Shown here piece by piece: positions 20,141-29,803 of a stretch of DNA of 64,000 nt. Origin of the DNA: a bacterium (GTDB lineage: Bacteria; UBA8248; JACPRG01; G963555815); assembly GCA_963555815.3 (NCBI GenBank), contig CAUVWX020000001.1:160001-224000 (forward strand), written 5' to 3'. The notes below the pieces were generated by a model. The model made no database searches. It saw only the letters and a program-made list of their open reading frames with translations, and was not told where the DNA came from. Numbering within the stretch: position 1 is the first letter of the stretch; each line of letters starts with the position of its first letter. The position numbers and the translations under genes are program-made.

Positions 20141-22015
20141 ATGGTCGAGGACGGCAGCAAGGCAAAGGGAGACCTGCCGGAGAAGACCGTCGAGGAGTTA
20201 GAGACGGTCGCTATCCGCTTCAGCGGAGACTCGGGCGACGGGATGCAGCTCGCCGGTGGCCGCTTCACCAGTGCGACAGCTCTGGCGGGCAATGACCTGA
20301 GCACACTCCCGGACTTTCCGGCTGAGATCCGGGCGCCGGCGGGGACACTGGCGGGGGTCAGCGGCTTCCAGATCAACTTCAGCAGCTTGGATATCCATAC
20401 TCCCGGCGACAGCCCGGACGTCCTGGTGGCGATGAACCCCGCGGCCCTCAAGGCCAACGTTCAAGACCTTCGCCGCAACGGGATCATCATCGTCAACACT
20501 GACAACTTCAACGACAAAAACCTAGCCAAGGCCGGCTACGAGACAAACCCCCTCGAGGATGAAAGCCTCAGCGCTTATCGGGTCTTTCAGGTGGACATCA
20601 GCAAGCTGACCCGACTTGCCCTCCAGGACATGGGGCTCTCGCCCGGCATGGTCGATAGGTCCAAGAACTTCTTCGCCCTGGGCCTCATGTTTTGGCTTTA
20701 TCACCGACCCATGGAACAGACCTTGGAGTGGATCCAGACCCGTTTCAAGGCCGACCCTCAGATCGCCGAAGCCAACACTCGTGCCTTCAACACGGGATAC
20801 AACTTCGGGGAGACGACGGAACTATTCACTACGTCCTACGAGGTGAGGCAGGCCCAGTATGCCCCCGGCAGGTATCGGAACATCATGGGCAATGACGCCC
20901 TGGCCATGGGCTTGGTCGCCGCCTCACGCCTCTCGGGCCTTCGGATCCTCTATGGAAGTTACCCCATCACTCCGGCGAGCGACATCCTCCATGCCTTAGC
21001 CCGGTACAAAAACTTTGGCGTCCTGACCTTTCAGGCGGAAGATGAGATTGCGGCCGTCGGTTCAGCCATCGGGGCCTCCTTTGGAGGCCTTCTCGGGGTG
21101 ACGGGAACGAGCGGGCCGGGCCTCGCCCTCAAAGCAGAGTCCATCAATCTCGCCATGATGGTCGAGCTCCCCCTGGTCGTCATCGATGTCCAGCGGGGAG
21201 GCCCCAGCACAGGCCTTCCCACGAAAACGGAACAGGCCGACCTCCTCCAGGCCATCTTCGGTCGAAACAGCGAGTCTCCGGTGCCTGTGGTGGCCCCGGC
21301 GACCCCCGGCGACTGCTTTTTCATGGCCATCGAGGCCGTCCGGCTGGCGGTGAAATACATGACCCCCGTCCTCTTCATGAGCGACGGCAATCTGGGCACT
21401 GGGGCCGAGCCGTGGCTCATCCCCCACGTGGACGACCTGCCAAAGATAGAGGTCAACTTTCGAACCGACCCCGAGGGCTTCCAGCCCTATATCCGCAACC
21501 CGGACACCTTGGGCCGGCCCTGGGCCATCCCGGGAACACCGGGCCTGGAGCACCGGCTGGGGGGGATCGAGAAGGAGGAGCTCACCGGAAACGTCAGCTA
21601 CGACCCCCAGAACCATGAGCGAATGGTAAGACTTCGGGCCGAGAAGGTGGCCAGGATTGCTCAGGACATCCCGCCACTTGAGATCGAAGGGGACTCAACG
21701 GGGGACCTCCTCATCGTGGGATGGGGGAGCACATATGGTGCCATCACGACGGCCGTGAGCCATTTCCGGGCCAAGGGGGCCAAGGTCTCCATGGTCCACC
21801 TCAGACACCTGAACCCCTTGCCCTCCGATCTCGGGGACATCCTCTCTCAGTTCAAGAAGGTCCTGGTTCCAGAGCTTAACCTGGGCCAGCTCCTCAAGCT
21901 CATCAGGGCGGAGTATCTGGTGGACGCCGTGGGGCTGAACAAAATCCAGGGGCAACCCTTCAAGGTGTCGGAGATCGAGGCCAAGATTACAGAACTAACC
22001 GGGGTATCCCTATGA
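20141..22015 (+). CDS. korA: 2-oxoacid:ferredoxin oxidoreductase alpha subunit (gamma-alpha fusion)
   Basis: FSGDSGDGMQL, YPITPAS, QAEDEIAA, QRGGPSTGLPT. Confidence 0.93.
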   Translation: MVEDGSKAKGDLPEKTVEELETVAIRFSGDSGDGMQLAGGRFTSATALAGNDLSTLPDFPAEIRAPAGTLAGVSGFQINFSSLDIHTPGDSPDVLVAMNPAALKANVQDLRRNGIIIVNTDNFNDKNLAKAGYETNPLEDESLSAYRVFQVDISKLTRLALQDMGLSPGMVDRSKNFFALGLMFWLYHRPMEQTLEWIQTRFKADPQIAEANTRAFNTGYNFGETTELFTTSYEVRQAQYAPGRYRNIMGNDALAMGLVAASRLSGLRILYGSYPITPASDILHALARYKNFGVLTFQAEDEIAAVGSAIGASFGGLLGVTGTSGPGLALKAESINLAMMVELPLVVIDVQRGGPSTGLPTKTEQADLLQAIFGRNSESPVPVVAPATPGDCFFMAIEAVRLAVKYMTPVLFMSDGNLGTGAEPWLIPHVDDLPKIEVNFRTDPEGFQPYIRNPDTLGRPWAIPGTPGLEHRLGGIEKEELTGNVSYDPQNHERMVRLRAEKVARIAQDIPPLEIEGDSTGDLLIVGWGSTYGAITTAVSHFRAKGAKVSMVHLRHLNPLPSDLGDILSQFKKVLVPELNLGQLLKLIRAEYLVDAVGLNKIQGQPFKVSEIEAKITELTGVSL

Positions 22016-23040
22016 GTCCAGTCAAAGAAGGCAAGAAGCTCACAAGGAAAGATTTCACCTCAGACCAGGCTGTCCGTTGGTGCCCCGGATGCGGAGACTA
22101 TGCCGTCCTGGCCCAGGTCCAAAACATCTTCCCAGACCTCGGGGTCTCCAAGGAGAACATCGTGTTTGTCTCGGGGATCGGGTGTGCCGCCCGTTTTCCC
22201 TACTACATGAACACGTATGGCTTCCACGGGATCCACGGTCGTGCCCCCGCGCTCGCGACCGGCCTCAAGGTGGGACGGCCGGAGCTCTCCGTGTGGGTCG
22301 TGACGGGCGACGGAGATGGTCTAAGCATCGGGGGAAACCACCTTATCCACGTCATTCGGCGAAACGTAGACCTGAACATCCTTCTCTTCAATAACCGCAT
22401 TTACGGCCTCACGAAGGGGCAGTATTCGCCCACCTCTGAGGTGGGAAAGAAGACCAAGTCCACGCCCATGGGCTCGGTGGACGCCCCCTTGAACCCTTTG
22501 AGCCTGGTCCTCGGCTCACAGGCCTCCTTCGTGGCGAGAACCCTGGATCGGGATCTGGCCCACTTGCGGAAGACCATCCTGCGGGCCCATGAGCACAAAG
22601 GGACCTCTTTCGTCGAGATCTATCAGAACTGTCCAGTCTTCAACGACGGCGCCTTCGAAGTCTTCACGGACAAGAAGGAGGGGCCGGACCATGTCCTGGA
22701 CCTGGAGGACGGGAAGCCGTTCATCTACGGCAAGAACAAGGACCGGGGGGTTGCCCTGAAGGACGGACGCCTCGAGGTGGTAAGCCTCGGAAATGGAGGA
22801 GATGAATCCTCACTGATGGTCCATCGAGAGCATGACCCAGATCCCACTTTCGCCTTTATGCTTTCTCAGTTCGGCGACACGCGTCCTGATCTTCCCACGC
22901 CGATCGGAGTCCTTCGGGCGGTCGATCGCCCCACCTTCGAAGACGGCATGACGAACCAGGTGAAGGGGATCATCGAGAAGCAGGGCGAGGGGGACCTGGA
23001 AGCTCTCCTCAATAGCAGAGATTCCTGGCTCGTGGAGTGA
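22012..23040 (+). CDS. korB: 2-oxoacid:ferredoxin oxidoreductase beta subunit
   Basis: WCPGCGD, SGIGC, GDGDGLSIGGNH, YGLTKGQYSPT. Confidence 0.93.
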   Translation: MSPVKEGKKLTRKDFTSDQAVRWCPGCGDYAVLAQVQNIFPDLGVSKENIVFVSGIGCAARFPYYMNTYGFHGIHGRAPALATGLKVGRPELSVWVVTGDGDGLSIGGNHLIHVIRRNVDLNILLFNNRIYGLTKGQYSPTSEVGKKTKSTPMGSVDAPLNPLSLVLGSQASFVARTLDRDLAHLRKTILRAHEHKGTSFVEIYQNCPVFNDGAFEVFTDKKEGPDHVLDLEDGKPFIYGKNKDRGVALKDGRLEVVSLGNGGDESSLMVHREHDPDPTFAFMLSQFGDTRPDLPTPIGVLRAVDRPTFEDGMTNQVKGIIEKQGEGDLEALLNSRDSWLVE

Positions 23041-23071
23041 GGAGGGGGGAAACCCCCGTTTGAGTGTATGA

Positions 23072-23106
23072 AGGGGAAACCCCAAAAAAGGGGTTTCCCC
23101 TAATTT
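23072..23106 (+). terminator. Hairpin AGGGGAAACCCC-A6-GGGGTTTCCCCT, probable korAB terminator
   Basis: 12-bp perfect stem followed by AATTTT, just after the korB stop. Confidence 0.55.
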
Positions 23107-23115
23107 TAAGGGGCC

Positions 23116-23532
23116 ATGGAGAAAACCCTAGCCATCATCAAGCCCGACGCCGTTTCCCGAGGGCTCACAGGAGAAATCCTGAGGCGCATTGAAGGGGCGG
23201 GGTTTCGGCTCATCGGAATGCGCCTCATCCGGATGACCAAAGCAGAGGCAGAGGGGTTTTATCAGGTCCACCGGGAAAAAGCCTTTTATCAAAGCCTCGC
23301 CTCCTATATGTCCTCAGGCCCATCCACCGTCATGGTCCTGGAAAAGGAGGGGGCCATTCTCTCCTGGCGGGAGATGATGGGAGCGACCGATCCGGCCGCA
23401 GCGGCCCAGGGTTCCATCCGCAAGGAGTATGGCCTTGACGTCGAGCGGAACTCGGTCCACGGCAGTGATAGCCCCGAGTCCACCGCCTTCGAGATCCCCT
23501 TCTTTTTCCAGAAGGCAGATCTAATTTCTTAA
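23116..23532 (+). CDS. ndk: Nucleoside-diphosphate kinase
   Basis: TLAIIKPDAV, GATDP, NSVHGSDS. Confidence 0.97.
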   Translation: MEKTLAIIKPDAVSRGLTGEILRRIEGAGFRLIGMRLIRMTKAEAEGFYQVHREKAFYQSLASYMSSGPSTVMVLEKEGAILSWREMMGATDPAAAAQGSIRKEYGLDVERNSVHGSDSPESTAFEIPFFFQKADLIS

Positions 23533-23584
23533 CCCCGTCGGCTTAAATGGACAACCGGGCCTTCTTGAGATCGGATTTGCCGGC

Positions 23585-24592
23585 TCACGCCGCTTCAGGA
23601 TGGGGTCCGGGGACAATCCGGTTTCGCAGCTCTCCGATGTCTTGGACAACGCAGCGCACGACATCTCCCGGCTTCAAGTAGTAGTCCTCAGGCGTCTCTC
23701 GGAACGCGGCCACGCCGGAGGGGGTCCCCGACGTGATGATGTCCCCCGGCTCCAGCGTCATCCTAGACCAGTAGGAGACGAGCTCGGGGAGCTTGAAGAT
23801 CATGTCCCGGGTATTCCCTCTCTGACGGGGCTCGGGCTCCTCGTTCACCCAGAGCTCCATGTCCAGCTGTTGGGGGTCCTTGATCTCATCTGAGAGGACC
23901 ATATGGGGCCCCATGGGCGCCAAGGTGTCCAGGTTCTTCCCCATCAGAAGAAATCCCACCTTCATTTCCCCCCGTTGGATGTCCCGAAGGCTCAGGTCGT
24001 TGAAGACGGTGTAACCGGCGATATGATCCAGGGCTCGTTCAGGCGGGATGTATTTCCCCCCCCTGCCGACGACAAAAGCCACCTCCACTTCATAGTCCAG
24101 CTCCTGGGAATCCCGCGGGTAGAGGACAGGATCTTCATGGCCGATGATGGTGGAAGACGCCTGAAGAAAACCCATTGGGAATCTGGGCCGGACGGCCTTC
24201 GGGTTCTCCCGGAGGTGATCTTCGAAATTAAAGCCCATGGCAATAACCTTCCCGGGCCGGGGAATGGGAGCAAGAAACCGGACCTGGCCCGCTTCGTGAA
24301 GGGCGGGCGTCCCTTTTGCCCCCTTCAGCTCCACCCCGCGGTCCCTCGCCTCACGGACAAAATCGAGGATCCTTCGCGCGGTCTCGATGGCCGGAGAACC
24401 CCCCTTGAGAAAGCCGATTATCCCCTCCCGCCCCCAGGCGACCCGCTGGGCGATGGCTCCAGGGTCTCTTCGGTCGGCGAGAAAGATCTGGTAGGCGAGG
24501 CTGAGGTCGGCCACCGCGCCGTCTTCAAGGACGAGGCCGACCCGGGGCCCGATGAGATCGACGGGACGTGTTTCGAAGGTGGCGAGCTTCAT
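23585..24592 (-). CDS. Fumarylacetoacetate hydrolase family protein
   Basis: LDYEVE, NDLSLRD, GKNLDT, PGDIITSGTPSGV. Confidence 0.92.
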   Translation of the reverse strand: MKLATFETRPVDLIGPRVGLVLEDGAVADLSLAYQIFLADRRDPGAIAQRVAWGREGIIGFLKGGSPAIETARRILDFVREARDRGVELKGAKGTPALHEAGQVRFLAPIPRPGKVIAMGFNFEDHLRENPKAVRPRFPMGFLQASSTIIGHEDPVLYPRDSQELDYEVEVAFVVGRGGKYIPPERALDHIAGYTVFNDLSLRDIQRGEMKVGFLLMGKNLDTLAPMGPHMVLSDEIKDPQQLDMELWVNEEPEPRQRGNTRDMIFKLPELVSYWSRMTLEPGDIITSGTPSGVAAFRETPEDYYLKPGDVVRCVVQDIGELRNRIVPGPHPEAA

Positions 24593-24951
24593 CTCCAGCC
24601 TCTGTGCTTACGGTGCGTCACGGAGGCGTTCCCTGCTATGGTCATCGCTCTATCTCCTATCCTTTGACAACCCTAAACCCGCTCAACAGATAAGTGTGTC
24701 CATGCGAAGCGAACTGATCGCTTTAAAACTCCCGCGCTCCCCACAAATTCTAGCGGCCTCTTGAGAAGCGAGGCAACGGAAAAGGAAATGGGCCCAAGGG
24801 ATATGGGCTTGACAGCGGATGGCGAGACTGGTTGTCTAAGACAGTTTATTGATGGGCGGTGCTTCAAAAGGGGGTCCCCATGCCTGAACCCGAAGATTCC
24901 AAATATCGCCACCTCTGGTGGCATGGATGTGCCTTGAGGATCCTGGGGGCC

Positions 24952-25509
24952 TCATTGGTGGCCCTCATCGCCATCTTCGCCATCTCCTACACTCGTTAGC
25001 CTCGGCGGAGTCGGAGCCTGGATTCCATGTTCCTCTAAGAGATCCGCCAATCGCTTACAGTTAATGAGCTCCACAGGGGAGCCCTCCAGGATCTTGTCCA
25101 CCTCCTGTGAGAAGTAGCCGGTGGTGATGAGGATGCCCTTCAGGGCGCGCTCGTGCCGCACTGTATCACTAAGTCCGATGACCGGCGCCGAATCCACGAT
25201 CTGATCCCTAGGCGCCAGGATCCCATGGACCAGATAGGTCCCGCCAAGGACCGGGTGCGGGTGGACAGCGACAATGTCCAGCTTCCCGGGCTCCTCGGAA
25301 AAGACCTCCCGGGCCTCCAGGCTCCAGGCCTCCAGCAACCGGAGACATAGCTCCTTAAACTCCTCGGGATGAAGTTCGCCGAAGGGTTCGAGGGCGGCCG
25401 GGGGCTCCTCGTAGTAGGCCGGCTCCATGGCAATGGGAGGGGCGCTTCGGCGGATGAGAAAAATGAGGGCAAATCCGATCAGGATGGAGACGATGATGAG
25501 GCCCAGCAT
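24952..25509 (-). CDS. Membrane-anchored Mrr-like (PD-(D/E)XK fold) domain protein, probably inactive
   Basis: N-terminal TM helix; EEFKELCLRLL, LDIVA, KGILITTGYFS, ELINC typical of Mrr_cat; QCK motif replaced by HGI. Confidence 0.65.
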   Translation of the reverse strand: MLGLIIVSILIGFALIFLIRRSAPPIAMEPAYYEEPPAALEPFGELHPEEFKELCLRLLEAWSLEAREVFSEEPGKLDIVAVHPHPVLGGTYLVHGILAPRDQIVDSAPVIGLSDTVRHERALKGILITTGYFSQEVDKILEGSPVELINCKRLADLLEEHGIQAPTPPRLTSVGDGEDGDEGHQ

Positions 25510-25608
25510 CGAGGCTCCCGCCTGGGGAAAGAAGGCACTCCCTTGGGTTCAAACCCCCGCCCGGCGCTAAATGGGGATGGGTTTGCCCCGGCGGCCTATG
25601 ACGGCCGC

Positions 25609-25776
25609 CTACTTCATCATCTCGTCGTAGATCTCGTCCTTGCGGCCCTTGCGGATCAGCTTATCATTTCGAAAGGCCTGGCGGAGGGCGAGCCACGTGG
25701 CGATGCCAATGAGGATAAGCATGCCCGAGATGGGGATATTGTCAGGCTTTAATAGAATCTCAAGAAACTGCTGCAT
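25609..25776 (-). CDS. Small membrane protein, 55 aa (KPDNIPI motif)
   Basis: MQQFLEILLKPDNIPISGMLILIGIATWLALRQAFRNDKLIRKGRKDEIYDEMMK; AGGAGG RBS; one TM helix; below the ORF-track cutoff. Confidence 0.75.
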   Translation of the reverse strand: MQQFLEILLKPDNIPISGMLILIGIATWLALRQAFRNDKLIRKGRKDEIYDEMMK

Positions 25777-25855
25777 TCCGCTAGAAGCCTCCTGGAACTT
25801 ATTATGGCAAGGGCTTGAAGGGGATTCAAGCTTTTCAAGAGAAAGGGGAAAATTG

Positions 25856-25884
25856 TTGACAGGGGACCCTGAGTTAACTATTTA
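25856..25884 (+). promoter_or_regulatory. Sigma70-type promoter of the ferredoxin gene
   Basis: TTGACA-17 nt-TATTTA. Confidence 0.5.
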
Positions 25885-25955
25885 ATAAACAAAGAGAAAT
25901 CTGGATGGATTGCGGGGACTCCCGCCACATCTTTAATTGGCAACCGGAGGTGTAA

Positions 25956-26408
25956 GTGGCACATTTCATCACAGATACCTGTATCGGTTGTGGGATCTGT
26001 GAGATTAAGTGCCCGACCGACGCCATTGCTGGACGCAAAAATGACCTCTTCGTCATCGACCCCCCCCTTTGCATCGACTGCGACGTGTGCGGCCGCTACT
26101 GTCCGGTCGAATGCATCCTGGACGAATTTGGAAAGGTCATCCCGCGCATCCGCTCCAAGGACATGCCAAAGGCCGAGGTCATCCCGGAGCTCTGCAACGG
26201 GTGCAACTACTGTGTGGAGATCTGCCCCTTCGACTGCATCAGCCTGGAGAGCGTCGAGGGCTGGGACAATATCCAGGTGGTCGCCCGGGTGCATGAAAAG
26301 GAATGTGTCGGATGCCAGCTCTGTGAGGCGTTCTGCGATAAGGAGGCCATCGTTGTCCCCCTCACGGAGGGTAAAACCAAACTGGAGAAGGTTCTCGCCC
26401 ACTACTGA
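25956..26408 (+). CDS. Polyferredoxin with four 4Fe-4S motifs
   Basis: CIGCGICEIKCP, CIDCDVCGRYCP, CNGCNYCVEICP, CVGCQLCEAFC; GGAGG RBS. Confidence 0.92.
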   Translation: MAHFITDTCIGCGICEIKCPTDAIAGRKNDLFVIDPPLCIDCDVCGRYCPVECILDEFGKVIPRIRSKDMPKAEVIPELCNGCNYCVEICPFDCISLESVEGWDNIQVVARVHEKECVGCQLCEAFCDKEAIVVPLTEGKTKLEKVLAHY

Positions 26409-26490
26409 GGGGGCCGAGGCGGGTTGATTACGGATATAGGTCTGAGAGCGAGGAGAGGGGCTCTCAGGCCTTTTTTGTTCGCGGGTTGAG

Positions 26491-28005
26491 ATGGAATCGG
26501 GAGGCGCTTTTGTGGATCGCAATCTCCCCATGAGATTCCTCAGTCGCCGGAGAGGGTTGAGCTCCCCAGTGAGCTCAAAACGCCTGGTCCGCGGCTTGGG
26601 ATGGGGGGTTCTCCTTGGGCTATGGGCGTGCGCCGCCACTCCCCCGCAGGAGCCGCTGCCCCTGGTTTCCCCCCCTGTGAGCCTGGCGGATCTGGCCGAT
26701 CAGTTAAAACCGCTGGTTGTCCACGTCCGCACTTATGCCGGTAGCCAAACCGAGCGATCTCTTCAAGACACGGGCCCTTCTCAGGACCTTCGGGAGTTTT
26801 TCCGCCCTTTCTCTGGTCCTCCTTTTTCCGAAGAGGTGCCGGCCGGCGGGACGGGGGCCGGCTTCCTGATTGACCCAGATGGCTTCATTCTCACAAATCA
26901 CCACGTGGTGCAGGGGGCCGAGCGGATCACGGTCCGGCTGGCGAATGGAAGAGAACTTCCGGCCCGCCTCGTGGGAGATGACCCGAGGACCGACCTGGCC
27001 CTCCTAAAGGTGGAGGCGGCACAGAAACTTCCAGCGGCCCAGCTGGGCAACTCCGATAAACTGCGCGTCGGAGACGGCGTCCTGGCCATCGGCCACCCCT
27101 TTGGTCTCGAACAGACGTTGACGGCCGGGATCGTGAGTGCCAAGGGCAGGGTCCTGGGGATCGGGTCCTTTGACGATTTCATCCAGACCGACGCCTCTCT
27201 TCGTGCGGGAAGTAGTGGCGGTCCCCTCTTCAATCTCCAGGGCGAGGTGGTGGGCGTCAATACGGCCATTGTCCCTGAGGCGAGCGGCATCGGGTTTGCC
27301 ATCCCCGTCAATCTGGTCAAGCATCTTCTGCCAGACCTCAAGATCGGGCGAAGGGTCCGAAGGGGCTGGATCGGAATCGCCGTCCAGGATCTCCAGGAGG
27401 AAGTGGTGCTTCATCTGGACCTTGACTCGACTGAGGGCGCCCTGGTGACCGAAGTGATCGAGGGAGGGCCCGCTGAGGAGGCAGGTTTTCATCCTGGAGA
27501 CGTCATCCTGGAATCGGGCGGAGTCCAGGTGACGCAAAGCCAAAACGTCCTTCGAGCCATCGCCGAAGCCCCCGTTGGGGCAACACTCGCCCTGAGGGTC
27601 TTTCGAGCGGGAAAGAGGTTTGAACTGGAGGTTCAGATTGAGGAGCTGCGTGAGGTTCCGTCGTTCCGACCGCGCCGCCGTCCACCATCGCACCTCCCGC
27701 TGGGGCTTGACCTGAAACCCATTACCTCTCAGATCACCGAGCAACTTGACCTAAAAGACCCAGCCGGCCTCTTCGTGCGGGCCGTTGATGAAGAGGGGCC
27801 TGCTTACCGCGTCGGCGTCCAACCGGGGGATGTCCTGAGGGCCGTGAACCTAGAGGCCGTTCGCACGGTGGAGGCCTATGAAGCGATCCTGACCGCTGCC
27901 AAAGGTCCGACCGTCCTCCTCTTGCTTGAGCGCGAGCATCAACGCTTTTTCCGGGTCGTGAGGTGGCCTGAACGGTCCGACCCGGTCAGCCAGCTGGGAA
28001 AGTAA
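26491..28005 (+). CDS. HtrA/DegP (Do) family serine protease with two PDZ domains
   Basis: TNHHVV, TDLAL, GSSGGPL triad; lipobox-like LWAC; true start probably downstream of 26491. Confidence 0.92.
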   Translation: MESGGAFVDRNLPMRFLSRRRGLSSPVSSKRLVRGLGWGVLLGLWACAATPPQEPLPLVSPPVSLADLADQLKPLVVHVRTYAGSQTERSLQDTGPSQDLREFFRPFSGPPFSEEVPAGGTGAGFLIDPDGFILTNHHVVQGAERITVRLANGRELPARLVGDDPRTDLALLKVEAAQKLPAAQLGNSDKLRVGDGVLAIGHPFGLEQTLTAGIVSAKGRVLGIGSFDDFIQTDASLRAGSSGGPLFNLQGEVVGVNTAIVPEASGIGFAIPVNLVKHLLPDLKIGRRVRRGWIGIAVQDLQEEVVLHLDLDSTEGALVTEVIEGGPAEEAGFHPGDVILESGGVQVTQSQNVLRAIAEAPVGATLALRVFRAGKRFELEVQIEELREVPSFRPRRRPPSHLPLGLDLKPITSQITEQLDLKDPAGLFVRAVDEEGPAYRVGVQPGDVLRAVNLEAVRTVEAYEAILTAAKGPTVLLLLEREHQRFFRVVRWPERSDPVSQLGK

Positions 28006-28154
28006 CCCCTGCCTCAGACAATCCCTCAAAAACTCTTTGAGCCCCATGGGTGCACCTGGCTAGGGTAAAATCAATGACCCGCGGGGAGAAACCCTTGAGA
28101 CCGCCTGCCCCATCTCCTAAACTGGAGCCGATTTCACACGGAAAGGTGGGGAAC

Positions 28155-28472
28155 GTGGAAGAGGACAAGACTTTGCCGAGGAAGACTGAGGAAGTTTACT
28201 TGAAATCCGAGGTCGAGAAGGATCTTCTCGACCGCCTGGGCCGCATCGAGGGCCATCTTCGGGGGATCAGTCGCATGCTGGGTGAGCAAAAAAGCTGCGA
28301 CGATATCCTCATCCAGATTGCCGCTGTCCGAGCCGCCATGACTCAGGTTTCCATCAAGCTCCTGGAGGGGCACATGGATACCTGCGTGAGAGAGGGGATC
28401 CTGCGAGGCGAGGGAGAGCTCGCCATCAGCAACCTCAGGCGGGCCCTCTCCTCAGCGTTGAAACAGTTCTAA
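28155..28472 (+). CDS. CsoR/RcnR family metal-sensing repressor
   Basis: RLGRIEGHLRGI, CDDILIQIAAV, HMDTC (C-H-C fingerprint); start set at GTG 28155. Confidence 0.88.
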   Translation: MEEDKTLPRKTEEVYLKSEVEKDLLDRLGRIEGHLRGISRMLGEQKSCDDILIQIAAVRAAMTQVSIKLLEGHMDTCVREGILRGEGELAISNLRRALSSALKQF

Positions 28473-28517
28473 TTTGAAAAGACGGCGAAGGGATTTCTAT
28501 CCTTCCTTCATTTCCCT

Positions 28518-29684
28518 TTACAGCGGCGTCTCTTCCGGCAAATATATTTCCGCCTCGGGCTTGAAGGCGAGCCAGGCGAAGGCGAAGTGGTTGGCGTGAA
28601 CAAGAGGCTCAAGGGCCTTTCCCTGGAGCGGACCTTCCACCGCCCTTCCCAGGATGTCCCAGGCGCTCCCGGTATTTCGGTCTCGGATCTTGCCGTCCTT
28701 AGCAAAAAACTCCAACAGCTCGCCCTCCAGGTGGCGGTCGAAGACCCCTGTCGCCCCTACGTCGCGGGAGTCGGCGATGCTCCGCCGGTCAAGGGCTGAG
28801 CTGACGCCTGGGGCGTGGAAGACGGCGATGTCTCTTGAGCCGATCCGATCGTTCACCACCATCACTTTTTCCAGTACGGAAAAGGGATAGGTCCGGTCCT
28901 TCCCATCCAGACTCACGGCGACTACCCTCTCCATCGCCGAAAGACGCCCGTCCACCGGGCCCCGAAAGAGGAAGGGATTGCTGTTGATGTCGTCATAGCC
29001 TGCGTAAGGGTTCTGGCCGTAGGCCCGACTGTGCCCTGTCTCTCGGGAGAGGACGAGGCCGTCGGGGAAAGCCTCCTTGAACTGCCCGTATCCGATCAGG
29101 GGGGCGGGGAGCATCTTGAGGCGCGATCCCACCAGGTCTCCCACAATGGCTTCGCCCGTCAACTGCTGCCACCAACTCTCCGTCTGACGGTCGTACATCA
29201 CGAGGTCGCTGCGGCGAAGCTTCCCCGTCGTCCCAAAGTCCAGCACCTGACCCTCCAGGCGGCGGTCAAAGGCAATGGCGGAATTACAGAGAGGGCAGAA
29301 GGTGACCGAAACGGGCACGCCTGCGACGGTGTCGTTCACGATCTCGTGCCAGGTGAGGATCTGAAGGGGGTAGGCCTTGGCCTCTCCATTAATGAAGACG
29401 CTGACAACCGGCTCGCGGTCCCGAAGCCAGGCGTTGGCCTCCTCGGCCGACACAAAGAAGGGATTATCAACGGCCGCGATCCCGTCCTTTCCAGGGCCTC
29501 CCGAGAGGATCTCCGAGTAGGAGATGGTATGCTTTTCAAAATTGGTCTTCCACCCAAAGGTGCTGAAGGGAGGGCCCTTTCCCCCTGGGGCTCCCCTCAC
29601 CCAAAAGCCAACGGCCAAAAGACCCAGTACCACCAAGGCCAAGATCAAAAATCCAGGTCCGCGCCCACTCCTTGCCTCTCCCAT
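28518..29684 (-). CDS. DUF3179 family protein (CxxC)
   Basis: GGPGKDGI, AYPLQILTWHEIVND, FCPLC, MYDRQTESWWQQ, FAWLAF; ATG 29684 behind GGAG. Confidence 0.85.
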   Translation of the reverse strand: MGEARSGRGPGFLILALVVLGLLAVGFWVRGAPGGKGPPFSTFGWKTNFEKHTISYSEILSGGPGKDGIAAVDNPFFVSAEEANAWLRDREPVVSVFINGEAKAYPLQILTWHEIVNDTVAGVPVSVTFCPLCNSAIAFDRRLEGQVLDFGTTGKLRRSDLVMYDRQTESWWQQLTGEAIVGDLVGSRLKMLPAPLIGYGQFKEAFPDGLVLSRETGHSRAYGQNPYAGYDDINSNPFLFRGPVDGRLSAMERVVAVSLDGKDRTYPFSVLEKVMVVNDRIGSRDIAVFHAPGVSSALDRRSIADSRDVGATGVFDRHLEGELLEFFAKDGKIRDRNTGSAWDILGRAVEGPLQGKALEPLVHANHFAFAWLAFKPEAEIYLPEETPL

Positions 29685-29803
29685 CCCAGATCTCCAAATA
29701 GATGACAAACGCATTTTCTCTCTAAGAAGGACACTTTCCTCTCTCATTCTATAACACGAGAACGCCAAAAAAACGATAAGATTCCGAAGAATGAGGACCT
29801 TAT

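Noticed and set aside
24593..24951. Possible ncRNA (6S-like) or small ORF in a 360-bp intergenic gap
   Set aside because: Could not build a convincing structure or coding signal by eye; needs an Infernal/Rfam search
25545..25557. GGGTTCAAACCCC resembling a tRNA T-loop
   Set aside because: T-stem pairs only 3 bp and no cloverleaf can be built
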